From assembly GCF_006345805.1 (NCBI RefSeq), contig NC_042997.1:90334001-90398000 (forward strand): 64,000 nt of DNA, read 5' to 3'. Source of the stretch: Octopus sinensis (taxonomy: Eukaryota). Both the position numbers and the translations under genes were made by a program. Positions 26,450 to 38,605 of the stretch are shown here, in pieces. Every line of letters starts with the position of its first letter. Positions within the stretch are counted from its first letter, which is position 1. A model generated the notes under the pieces. That model saw only the letters and a program-made list of their open reading frames with translations, did not search any database and was not told where the DNA came from.

Positions 26450-28344
26450 GCCTTTGCACATCTTCTAACGCTGGAGATGTTCTATGGTGCCAGCTGTTCA
26501 CTACCAGTGAACTAAGGTAGCACCTCTTATATTTCGAGCACCCTTCCGGAGTATTCGAGCGGATCCAAGCAGTGCTGTTTTCTGCAAGTGGTTCACCCTT
26601 ATCGCAGCCCCTATTTGTTCTACGTACTTCTCGAGATTTTTGCTCACTGTTCCCAGGGATCCGACAATTATTGGTACTATTGTTATCTTTTTCATCGACC
26701 ACTTAACTTCCCAAGAAAGAAATGTCTCTCAACTTTTCTTTCTTCCTTATCGTATACCTTATTGTCAGCTAGGCATGCTATGTGTATGATCCAGCTTAGT
26801 TTGTTTTCTTTCTCATTTAAGTCCTGCTTCCTATTCTCAATCTCATGGTCGCACTGAATCATAGGATCTTTGCATTTCTATTTTCAACAATGCCTTCAGG
26901 TTTGTGGTCGTACAAATTTTTTGCTCTGTCAAGACCATATTTGTTGCAAAGTGTCCAATAATCCAAGAACGTGGGATCATATCATACGCCTTACGATAGT
27001 CGATCCATGACATGGCTAAGTTACTATTCCTCCTCTTGCAGTCTCTGAGTACAGTTTTATCAATCAGGAGTTGATCCTTGGTACCTCTGCACTTTCGCTC
27101 GCAACTCTTCTGCTCATGTAGCAGGACTTCCTTTTTTTTACCAGATGATCGTACATTGACTCTGCGTTTCGATGTTTTTCAGGCACAGCACTGATCTACC
27201 TAATGTCAACCACACTGATGTTGCTTGGTCGGCATTTAACAAGGTGTTGAGTTGCGCAGCTATTCGTGCATGACATTCACCAAATATTTTGATCCAGTAG
27301 CCTTGAACTCCATCTGGTCCCGGGGCCTTCCAGTTGCTCATTTTTTGCTGATTTCCTTCACTTCCCTAACTGAAATGACTAGTTCTGCCTGTTTTTGGAC
27401 AGACTACTGTTTGTTTCAGTTCTTGCAACCATTCAGCATCCTTCTTGTGCTTTTGTCTTTGCTCCAGATGTCACTCCAAAACCTTTGACTTTCAATGTTA
27501 TCTGGTATCAATTTTTCATCTGTACACCCTTATTATTTCTTTATAAGATCTCTTCTGATCTACTTTGAATAACCTATTCCGGTGGTAACCCTTCATTCTT
27601 TGGTCGTATCTTAACATCTTTGTTTTCTTTGCAACGAGGCGCTGTTTCAGTTCCTCCACTACTACTTTCAGACCCTTTCTTTTAATATTATACTTCCTTT
27701 TCAGCGCACTGTATTTTTGTTCGCTTTTAAGCTCCCCTTTCTATTTTCGGTCTAACACAGAGATTTCCTTCGAGAGCATGTCTAACCCTGCTTGGATTCT
27801 TCTTTTTCACCATGGATCTTTTCTTTTGTCACTCCCATTGTGTTTCCATTTCTTGACATCGACGCCCACTTTTTCTGCTACAACAGCACTTGCTGCCTAG
27901 ATCAAATTATTTGTTTCTGTGATGTTGTTTGTTCTGATGTATTTCAGAATTTCCTTGACATTTTTCGTTTCTTGGTTCAATTTCCATCGATCAACCTTTT
28001 TGAGGTTGCAAATAATGTCGCTATCGTTCTCCTGTAGTCTTACCTTTATTCTGTCGTAGATTGCCTTATTGTCTTCTTTTAGATCATCTATATGTCTATT
28101 ATCAGGTAAGCTACCACTGCTCCTTTCCTGTGCTATGAGATTACTCTTATTAGTAAGAACTGTATTTTCATTCTTATCTATGCTGCTATTGTGCATGACC
28201 CGTCTTTTGATAGCTTCTGTAAACCAATAATTTTTTTCTTATTGCTCTAGCTTTATCACATAGTATCTGTTCCGTGAGTTGAAACAATCCATTTTCTCTC
28301 CAACGATCATACATACGCTGTCGGTAACCCCTAATTTGAGCACC
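26450..28344 (-). mobile_element. R4/Dong LINE subfamily B, N-terminal region to RT motif A, joined by a large internal deletion to the RLE and 3' end
   Basis: RGYRQRMYDRWRENGLFQLTEQILCDKARAIRK (N-terminus), [54 protein letters not shown]; then a junction near 26956 into the C-terminal region and the subfamily B 3'UTR. (TTA)n on both sides. Confidence 0.92.
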
Positions 28345-28390
28345 ATTATTATTATTATTATTATTATTATTATCATTATTATTATTATTA

Positions 28391-28426
<36 letters not shown>

Positions 28427-28555
28427 CGTTGTTGTTGTTGTTATCATTATTAATGTTGTTTTTTCTTTTGCTTCTTTTAAAAAATATTAATCGATTTAAC
28501 GCTCCTCAAGAGTTACCATTCATCAGCATCACATAGTAGAAGCATCAACAATAAT

Positions 28556-28603
<48 letters not shown>

Positions 28604-29111
28604 CACCACCACCACCACTTCCACCAACGCCATCCCCACCAACTACAACTACATTAACAGCAACATGAGTATCTACAGGGCTGGCCACCTTAATAGTGCC
28701 CTTCATGGCTGTGGCAAATATTTAAGAGCATATCTATGGTACATGTATATTATATTACATGGAAAAATGAAAGCAAGAGAAATAATATTCTTAAGATTAT
28801 AAACCTGGAAAAGTACAGGACAAATTATTACATCTGGTAAAGTACAGAGCAGGAAAATTTTTACTTAAAATTTTGCAGCTAAGGATAAAATTTCAAATAA
28901 AATATTTAAATTTAGAAAATATTAACTTTTATTAAAACTAAATATTTTATTGCAAGTTATTTGCTATTTGTTATTACTTACTAATTCTATCAAAAAGAAG
29001 AAAGATATAACTCAAAATATTTTTTGCACACATATATATATACATACATACAACACATACATATATACATGCATATATGTGCATATATAGAGATATAGCT
29101 AGATACATGCG

Positions 29112-29149
<38 letters not shown>

Positions 29150-29189
29150 ATATATAGTTGAAATTTACAGGTGTATAAACAAGCAAGTG

Positions 29190-30240
29190 TATTAGTTTGA
29201 CGCTTGGGAAGGTGAGAAAGTCTTTTACGTTATGCGCCTACGCTCTTCAACAAAAAGGAACACGAGGAAATAAACAGTGAAAGGATTTTTTAAATCTTGT
29301 GGATTTAGCAGCGAGTCATGGCGACAGGTTAGATACAGGTAGTTGAACAGGAGAGCTAAGAAGAAGGGAAGATAATAAAGTACTGGTGATCCCAAAACGA
29401 AGGTGCGCGTGCGTGTGCGTGTGTGGGAATGTGTAAGTGTGTGCGTCTGGTTAGGGGCTGGTGACTTTGACGTGTGGATGTGTGTGTGTAAGTGTGTGCG
29501 TCTGTAATGTGTAGGTGTGTGGATGATGGTGTGGTTGCTAGGAAGTGGTTAGTACTAGTGTGGGAAGTGGTCAGTTCTAGAGGAGTGGTGTGGAGTGGTT
29601 TGAAGTGGTGATTACGGAGAGGTATCAATGAAGGAAGAAGGTGGATAGGAGCGAATAGAGGAGGGGAGTCAGATGAAGAGGGGAGGGGAGTTGAGTCCAT
29701 GTGACGCAAAGGAGCGAAGAGAGAAGATTAATTTCTATTCACGGTGAAGTCGGGAATCCGGATGGCCCCTGTGCAAAGACGATCCGAACACAGGTGTTGT
29801 AATGAATGACAGGTAGAGCGAAAATGGCGCGAGACCGGGGTGTCATTGCCGAGGCTAATGTCTCGGAGGTGCTCCGCGAACCGGTCAGCCAAGCGGGATC
29901 CCGTTTGACCGATGTACAGAGAAGGGCAGAAGGAGCAGGAGATGTAGTAAATGACGTGGCTAGAAGTGCAGATAAAGGAATCAGTGATATGATAGGGACG
30001 ATGATCGGTGCCTGTGAGATGGTGGTGTTGGAGAGTTAGAGGCAAGCTCGGCAGCGTGGGCGATATATTCATATAGGCAAATCGAAAATTAAAAATAACA
30101 AAAACCAAAGTCAGAAGACCACACAAATGGAATTATGAAGTTCACGCTGAGTATATAAGATGAGCAAAAAAAAAGACCGGGTGTATAACGTTTCAGGCAT
30201 GGCTCTTCATCAAAGACAGGAGAGAGGAAAGATCCGGAGA
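29190..30240 (-). mobile_element. Penelope/Poseidon-type PLE remnant (GIY-YIG) with degenerate minimal hammerhead motifs near both ends
   Basis: VIYYISCSFCPSLYIGQTGSRLADRFAEHLRDI, then HRE*KLIFSLRSFASHGLN. Motifs TTGTTGAAGAGCGTAGGCGCATAACGT (about 29225-29255) and TTGATGAAGAGCCATGCCTGAAACGT (about 30188-30213). Confidence 0.8.
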
Positions 30241-30358
30241 GAAAAAATGCCCAAGAAAAGCACGTGAGTGGTCACATCTATATGTATATATATAAAAGTG
30301 TATTTTTTGTTCCTTAGTCCTACGTTTAGTAGTGGTAGTTAGCATCAGCAGTAGCTGC

Positions 30359-30427
<69 letters not shown>

Positions 30428-30599
30428 TTTATTGTGGTGGTGATGGTGGTGGTAATGGTGGTAGTAGTGATGCACTTAAGTGTGGTGGTGGTTGTGGTGG
30501 TAGCTCGAAATAGGAGAGAAAAAGATAAAGAAAACAACAGCAACAGCAACAACAATGCTTGTAACAATGATACTATTAATAACTATGACTTTGTGACGA

Positions 30600-30719
30600 T
30601 GTTAATGGTCCATAAGGTTGATTATAGTAGTGATGACGCCAATGATAACGAAGATGATGATCCTCATCATCATAATCATGACGACTAGAACGAGGACGAC
30701 GACGACGATGACGACGAAC

Positions 30720-30780
<61 letters not shown>

Positions 30781-30956
30781 GTGATGCTGTTGATGATAAT
30801 GGTGGCGAGGACGACGACGATGATGCTGCTGATGATGATGATGGTCATGATAATGGCGACAACGACGACAATGACGATGATGATAATGATGATGGCGACG
30901 ACAACGAGAACTACGATGAGGATTATGATGGTAACGAGGACGACAACGACGACGAC

Positions 30957-31013
<57 letters not shown>

Positions 31014-31320
31014 GATGATGACGATGATGACGACGATGGTGTTGATGATGATGATGATGTGATGATGATGATGATAACGACAACGAGGATGATGAGGGTG
31101 ATGACGATGATGGTGTTGATGATGATGATGATTATGATTATAATGAGTATGATGATGATGATGATAATGACGTCGACGATGATGATGATGACGATGATGG
31201 CGACGACGACAACGACAATGATGTTGATGATGAGTGGGACGATGATTATGATGATGACTGAAATGATGATGATGATCATGATGATAATGATGATCACGAT
31301 GACGATGACGATGATGATAC
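30600..31320. repeat. Degenerate (GAT/GAC)n triplet repeat, about 700 bp
   Basis: Seen directly. Adjacent (GTA)n/(GGT)n tract at 30345-30500. Confidence 0.95.
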
Positions 31321-31447
31321 AAGGTGCGTAAACATGGCGAAAATTAATTCACTGTGCATTCCACTGATTCACAAATTGGCTTGTAATTCAATATTTTACC
31401 TACATCACATGTCTATGTATAGCGTACCGTTACTTGTGCGTGTGTAC

Positions 31448-31492
<45 letters not shown>

Positions 31493-32169
31493 ATATGTGC
31501 GTGTATGTGTGCGTGTGTGCGTGTATGTGTGTGTGTGTGTGTGTGTATTTCTATGTTGATGAGCGTACGTATGTATATGTATGTATGTGCGTGTGCGGCA
31601 ACTGTGTAGTATGTGAATGCAGAGTATGTACGTAATGTATGTAATGAAATTTATGTAATGTAATATATGTAATATGTGTATGGTGTGCAATGTATGTATT
31701 TATGTATGTAACGCACGTAATGGAGATAATGTAGTGTGTGAGGCATCACTGTATGTATACATTTATGTATATGCATACATGTTTGTGTGAATGTGTGTGT
31801 ATATACACGCGTGCGAGTAGGAGTGTATGCTTGTATCAACGTTGTATATATATATATATATATAAATATGAAAATATATAAATATATAGATAGATATATA
31901 TGTATGTATGCATGCATGTATATTATGTATGTAGCATATATCAATGTATATACAAATACATACATATATATATATACATATATATATATATACATATATA
32001 TAATATATATATATATATATATTATATAATATATTATATATAGTTATATATTATAATATATATATATATATAAAAATAAACGTACACGCACATCTGTATA
32101 TATGTATGTATGCCTATCCGTGTAGATATGTATCAAGGCTTGTATATATTCATATATATAAAGTGAAAG

Positions 32170-32445
32170 TGCGTGGCTCAGTGGTAAGGGTATCAGCTCA
32201 TGATCATAAGGACATGAGTTCGATTCCCGGGTGCACGTGGCGTCCTAGACCAAGAAACTTTATTTCACAATGCTGCAGTCCATTCAGCTAGCAAAATGAG
32301 TTGTACCTGTAATTGAAAGGGCCAGTCTTGTCACATTCAGTGTCACGTTGAATCTCCCTGAAAACTACGTTAAGAGTATGCGTGTCTGTGAATAACCACG
32401 TTAACGGTTCCTGTGTCTGTGGAGTGCTTAATCTTAATGTAAGGT
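32170..32445 (+). mobile_element. tRNA-derived SINE family S3
   Basis: A box TGGCTCAGTGG (32174-32184) and B box GAGTTCGATTC (32216-32226), followed by a non-tRNA body. Confidence 0.75.
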
Positions 32446-32514
32446 AAGACTTGTGCGTATATATATATATATATATAATATATATATATATCTATATATA
32501 TATATATATTCTTA

Positions 32515-32580
32515 TTCTTTTTTTCTTTTATTCGTTTCAGCCATGCAGCTGCAGTCACGCTGGAGCACCACCGTAGTTTT
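32515..32580 (-). mobile_element. SINE S2 3' tail fragment
   Basis: TTTCAGCCATGCAGCTGCAGTCACGCTGGAGCACCACC. Confidence 0.6.
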
Positions 32581-32752
32581 GCTGATTTCCTCTGTTGGGA
32601 TTTTTACATCACCACTCCTGTATTTGCCTTTGTCCCAGCTGTGTATGAGGGAGTTTGTTTCCTCGTCTGTTCCTCATGTTAGGCCGTTGGTGCATCCGGT
32701 ATTGTGGAGAGGAAACTGTCTAGTTCATTGTTTTTTTTTCTTCTCTAGGCAC

Positions 32753-32817
<65 letters not shown>

Positions 32818-32963
32818 TGATTGATTGATAGATCATTTTTAAGTAAGTGAAACCGATTAAGTTAATAAATACTTTTAAAAGACTCCTGCATTTTCAGATT
32901 CTTTTCCTTATTTAGGGCATACTACATACATAAAACATACATACATACATACATACATAATAC

Positions 32964-33000
<37 letters not shown>

Positions 33001-33199
33001 AATATATAATATATATGTAGAGAGAGAGAGAGAGAGGGAGAGAGAGAATGTTATTTAATCTCTGAGCGAGATATAAACAGTAGCAGTACTCCCCAACTAA
33101 AAGATAAATTTCGAAACATTGAGAATATAGAACATGTATTTATTCATCATATTTATCTAAATTATGCACGACGAGAAGAAATTATGTGGTGTGTGTAAG

Positions 33200-33405
33200 G
33201 CGACAAGCTGGTAGAATCGTTAGAACGCCGTAGAAAATGCATAGCGACATTTCGTCCGTTTTGTTTTGAGTTCAAATTTTGCCGAGCCCGACTTTACGTT
33301 TCAGCCTTTCGACGGCGATAAAATACGTATCAGTTGAGCACTGGCGTCGGTGTAATTGACTTATCCCCTCCACCAAAATTGCTGGCCTTGTGCCAAAATA
33401 AGAAT
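33200..33405 (+). mobile_element. SINE S1 (tail type b)
   Basis: Head, B box, GATAAAATACGTATCAG, and CCACCAAAATTGCTGGCCTTGTGCCAAAA. Confidence 0.85.
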
Positions 33406-33425
33406 CAATGTGTGTGTGTGTGTGT

Positions 33426-33461
<36 letters not shown>

Positions 33462-33514
33462 GTTGGTAGCAGACAGGCCAAGGCAACATTCGGCAGCCTG
33501 TATAAAAGAGTATG

Positions 33515-34145
33515 AAGAAAAATACCAAGAGCCATCTTGCTAACCACCCTCATATACGGCTCAGAGTCGAGGGTCATCTATCTATACCACCTATGACTCC
33601 TTGAGCGATTTCATTTGCGCTGCCTTCGCATCATTCCTAGCATCCAGTTGAGTTACTTTGTCGCTAACGTTGAGGTCCAAGAGCAGGAGGCGTTCACCAG
33701 CACTGAAGCAACTTGACCGAAGATAGCTACGTTGGTTAGGACACATCAAGTTCGAGAATCATAGATTTCCCAAGATCACGCTGCATGTGGAACTCTCCTC
33801 TTGTCAGCGTGATAGAGCAGCACCAAAATAAAGGTACAATGCCTCCTTAAAGAAACCCCTCGGTATAATGTCTCATTGATCACAACTAGCAGTCTGTTCT
33901 TGTCGGAGACCGTGATGCCTGGCGTTTCACAGTCCACCGGACAACAGAATTCTTTGAATACAACCGCAGCCCGTCTTTGCAGACAAGAGAAAAGCGAGGA
34001 AAAAAACAATTATACTACTACAAGTTTTCATTAATCACCTTCCAATTCTTGTTCGTCCTAAATCGAACTCTCTGGCATCAGCAACGATTTAACATCCCAC
34101 TCTGTAAACCTTCGCTCGCAAAGCCAAACCAAGCCAAGCCAACAA
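33515..34145 (+). mobile_element. RTE (BovB/RTE-1-like) LINE 3' fragment
   Basis: AILLTTLIYGSES, LLERFHLRCLRII, LRWLGHI, FPKITLHVELS, DRDAWR. Ends CTTCGCTCGCAAAGCCAAACCAAGCCAAGCC. Confidence 0.88.
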
Positions 34146-35098
34146 GAAGATACATGTAGCTATGACTGTCATCAACATGCTCTTATGTAACAAGAAACTG
34201 TAATACATCACCTTATGCTTCTGCACCGTGGGATGCACCGTAATTTGTTACACAGTTTCTCACCCGCAAGGGAGTGATCCAGGACCTGTAGAAACGATCA
34301 TTGTGACAAATAAAGTTACCAGTGTACTCTGACTTCCGTATTCATTGTTTCTGTTATACTCAGCATACACTGAGGAATCCCTAATGTACATCCAGCGACG
34401 ATTCTGCAATAAGCGTGGATGACGCCAGGTAACCGTAAGCAGTGAACGTGGTTTATCGGCATACTATTAGGTACATACCCAGCACGTATGCTTTTCTGAC
34501 TGACTGTCTGTCTGTCAATCCCTCTCTCCCTCTCTCCTTTTCTCTCTCTCTCCACACAAACAGACTTCTATACAAGTAAAGATAATGCATATGTGCTCAT
34601 ATACATGTGCTTAAATACATATATGAAGTCCTTCTGTATGAACTGTTATAAGTATTATCTTAGTATACGCTTCCCTCCGACTGTATATATATTTCAATAT
34701 CTCTCTATGTGTCTGTGTATATCTATGTATATATGAATATATACACACATATATATATATGTGTGCGAGTGTGTATGTGTGTGTGTGCATGTGTGTGTAT
34801 GTGTGTGTGCGCGCGTGTGTGTTTGTGTCTAATTCAATATCTATGTAATTGTGTCTAATCTGTTGCTGTGTTTTTAAATATTTATTGCAGACACACACAC
34901 ACACACCACACGCAAACACACACATACACGCACACAAGTGTACAATCACAGATACACACTTGCAACTGCAAACACACTCGCAACTGCCAACATATACAAA
35001 CATACACACATAAATACATATACAAGTATATGTACGCATAAATATAAATACACGCAAACACATAAGCGTAAAAGGTTGTATAAGCAGATATGTGTATA

Positions 35099-35136
<38 letters not shown>

Positions 35137-35596
35137 TGTTTGTGTGTGTGTGTGTGAATCCGTAAGTGAGTTTGTATTTGCGTATATTTGTGTCTTCATA
35201 TATGTGCTCAATAGTTTCGAGGATCGATATTACAGCTCACATTTAAGCGAACACAGTCACAAATACACAAACATATACATTATTTAAGCAGACATCTATA
35301 AATATGAATATATGTCTCCAAGCACATATGTACGTATGTATACTTTGATAGGTTTCGGCCATTATTGGCCCAGGCCATGTCTAACTTAATAGCACCACCT
35401 GGACTTAATAGCACCACCTGTATATATGCATGGATGTATGTGTTACTTTATTAAGAGCTCATTAATGTAATTATAACTTGAACTTGAAAGCAGTGGGTCC
35501 GACGACAGTCACATTACAAAAGTCTTATACAAAGGAGTTCTTTCTTACATCTATGAGTGTGTGTTGTGTGAGTTCTATGTATACGCACGCATCTTT

Positions 35597-36040
35597 TACT
35601 TTTTATCTTCTATTTGTTTTAGTCACTCGACTGCGGCCATGCTGGGGAACAACCTTGAAGAGTTTATTTTAGTCGGTCGAATCAAGCCTAGTACTTATTT
35701 TTTTAAGCCAGGATTCTTACTCTATCTATTACTTTTGCCGAACCGCTAAGTTACGGTCATATAAACACACCAAAACCGGTTATCAAGAGGTCGTAGGCGA
35801 CAGATACACACATACTCACACAAACGCATGCATGCACACACACACACACACATTCACATACACGCCTACATACATATATATATACATACGACGGGCTTCT
35901 TTCAGTTTCCGTCTACCAAATCCACTCACAAGCCTCAGGTCGGTCCGAGTCTATAGTAGAAAGCACTTGCCAAAAGTAGCCCGCCGTGTGGCTGAACCCG
36001 GAACCTTGTGGTTAGGAAGTAAGCTTCTTACAATACAGTC
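35597..36040 (-). mobile_element. SINE S2, full length
   Basis: Same module order as 14860-15281. Confidence 0.88.
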
Positions 36041-36046
36041 ACGTGT

Positions 36047-36110
<64 letters not shown>

Positions 36111-36420
36111 TAGTATATCGTTCAAAATGTTTCCTTTATAATGCATTATAATTAGAGTGAAATCATATTTTATTTTGGGTCTGATATAAATCAGAAAATA
36201 ATGATAGTAATGCTAAGACGGGATTTCGAGATTTTGGAAGCTTGCATCAAACTCTTCTGCTTTTTGAATACTGGAGAAGGCAAAATTGAAAGTATGTATG
36301 TATGTATGTATGTATGTATGTATGTATGTATGTTTGTATGTATGTACTTATGTATGTATATATGTACGTATGTATGTATGTATATATGAATGTATGTATG
36401 TACGTATGTAGAAATGTGAA

Positions 36421-36475
<55 letters not shown>

Positions 36476-36481
36476 ATAATA

Positions 36482-36526
<45 letters not shown>

Positions 36527-36554
36527 CTATTTATATATATATATATATTCGTTT

Positions 36555-36975
36555 ATTCTTTTATTCACTTCAGTCATTTGACTGCGGCCATGCTGGAGCA
36601 CCGCCTTTAGTTGAACGAATCGACCCCAGGACTTATTCTTTCTAAGTTTAGTACTTACACTGTCGATACCTTGTGCTGAACTGCTATGTTACGGGGACGT
36701 AAACACACCAACATAAGTGGTAAATCGATGGTGGTGGGGGGCAAACTCAGAGCCACAAGCATATATATATATATATATATATATATACGACGGGCTTCTT
36801 TCAGTTTCCGTCTACCAAATTCATCACAAGGCTTTGGTCAGCTCGAGCTGACCAAAGCCTTGTGATGAACTTGGTATAGTAGAAGACACTTGCCCAAGAT
36901 GCCACGCAGTGGGATTTAATCCGGAGCCATGTGGCTAATAAACAAGCAACTTACCACCCAGCCACTCTTGTATAT
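36555..36975 (-). mobile_element. SINE S2, full length, containing a fold-back inverted duplication
   Basis: Same modules; 32-bp palindromic arms centred on 36844/36845. Confidence 0.88.
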
Positions 36976-37475
36976 AAAACGTGATCCATAACACTATTGG
37001 AGGTTATTATACATTACTGGTCACAATGCACTTGGCATCGTTTTAACTTTCGAATGATGCCACTCCGCTGATTAGGTGAGTCGGCCAACATTCATCCTGA
37101 TCGGAAGGCAAGTCTATTGCGGGGTTACTCAACTACAGGTGGATGGACTGGAATATATGCCTATATATATATATATATAATATAGATATATCAGCAACAT
37201 ATAGGGTGAAATTAATTAATTTGGAATAATCATTAATTACACCAAGTAGATTTCGGCATGTAAAAGCCTCATTCGAGAAAGTTTAAGTATACTAAGTAAT
37301 TAAGGTTTAGCAACGAATTGCCTCACCACACACCGAATTTAGAAATAGCAGTCAAGAGTTATAGCTATTCTTTCTACTAAAGGAGATCTCAGTAAAAACA
37401 CAGCACTTGAAAGGCAAACACAGACAGGTAAGAGAGAATGAAATGACGGCAACTATCATACAATTTTTAAGTCAA

Positions 37476-37566
37476 CCCACGGACGTACGTTTCGAAATTA
37501 AGTTGTAGGAAAGCATAAGAATTAGATAATTATGTCTTACCCAACTTCTTTCCTCATCAGCGTAGG
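37476..37566 (-). ncRNA. Type I hammerhead ribozyme (mirror copy)
   Basis: Reverse complement reads CCTACG CTGATGA GGAAAG...TTTC GAAAC GTAC GTC CGTGGG. Confidence 0.85.
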
Positions 37567-37707
37567 ACACTACAATATGAATAATTATATATTAAATTTC
37601 GAGATACTAGAAGGCATCATCTCAACTCAGTATCAGTTGATACTGAGTTGAGATGATGTCTTCTAGTATCTCGAAATTTAATATACAATTATTCATAATT
37701 GTAGTGT

Positions 37708-37798
37708 CCTACGCTGATGAGAAAAGAAGTTGGGTAAGACATAATTATCTAATTCTTATGCTTTCCTACAACTTAATTTCGAAACGTACGTCCGTGGG
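37708..37798 (+). ncRNA. Type I hammerhead ribozyme (canonical core)
   Basis: Stem I CCTACG/CGTGGG; CTGATGA at 37714-37720; stem II GAAA..AAGTTG/CAACTT..TTTC with a G10.1-C11.1 pair; GAAAC; palindromic stem III ACGTACGT; GUC triplet, predicted cut after 37792. Confidence 0.85.
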
Positions 37799-37992
37799 TG
37801 ACTTAAAATTGTATGATAGATTGCCGTCATTTCATTCTCTCTTACCTGTCTGTGTTTGCCTTTCAAGTGCTGTGTTTTTACTGAGATCTCCCTTTTAGTA
37901 GAAAGAATAGCTATAACTCTTTGACTGCTATTTCTAAATTCGGTGTGTGGTGAGGCAATTCGTTGCTAAACCCTTAATTACTTAGTATATAA

Positions 37993-38037
<45 letters not shown>

Positions 38038-38184
38038 TATTATATTCAAATTCAAAATGGCGACTCAGGGCACCAAGTAGTTTGAATCACACTGTTTTGA
38101 TCCCGACATGTAACTCCCAATATGTGTTGAGTGTGCCCTTCTTTCGTTTGTCGACTCACTCGTATATATATATATATCTATATA

Positions 38185-38234
<50 letters not shown>

Positions 38235-38235
<1 letters not shown>

Positions 38236-38372
38236 GGTGTGTGTGTGTTTGTCCATCCAACATCGCTTGGCATCCGACGCTGGTGTGTTTACGTCACCGT
38301 AATTTAGCGGTTCGACAAAAAGATACCGATAATATAAGCACTAGGCTTACAAAGAATAAGTCCTGGAGTCGA
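38235..38372 (+). mobile_element. SINE S2 3' half
   Basis: CGCTGGTGTGTTTACGTCACCGTAATTTAGCGGTTCG...ACAAAGAATAAGTCCTGG. Confidence 0.8.
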
Positions 38373-38605
38373 TATATATATGTAATATATATATAATATA
38401 TATATATAATATATATTTATATATATATATATTTCTGTGTGAGTTAGCGGTTGGGAAACCAACCAACTAATGGACGTATCTATCCATTATACTGCTAGTA
38501 GTGTGCCCAATTATTCATACCCAACTGCTAGTTATTGCGTGGCAATCTCGCATTTGAGTGTTATATATGGGTGTGGGGTAAATAGTGGTTTACCCTTATT
38601 TTATA

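Larger units (their letters stand above)
37193..37989. mobile_element. Non-coding palindromic element (arms 37288-37635 and 37638-37989), probably an inverted PLE pseudo-LTR
   Basis: About 350-bp arms with few mismatches and a 2-nt loop (GT). The left copy has about 95 extra bp. Each arm carries a hammerhead motif. Confidence 0.85.

Noticed and set aside
29210-30215. Active hammerheads in the second PLE
   Set aside because: Core positions are mutated (C3 to T in both, GAAA to ATAA in one, stem I/II mismatches). Recorded only as relics.
30618-31331. 237-aa Asp/Met-rich ORF resembling acidic biomineralisation proteins
   Set aside because: Single substitutions in GAT cannot create stops, so an open frame is expected by chance. 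The Asp frame shifts near 31060 and has a TGA near 31258. No signal peptide or splice context.
32170-32240. tRNA gene (also the heads of S1 and S2 copies)
   Set aside because: A and B boxes are present but there is no complete cloverleaf, and a SINE body follows.
34200-34500. Complex-sequence island with a 79-aa minus-strand ORF
   Set aside because: No domain, splice signals or repeat hallmarks identified.
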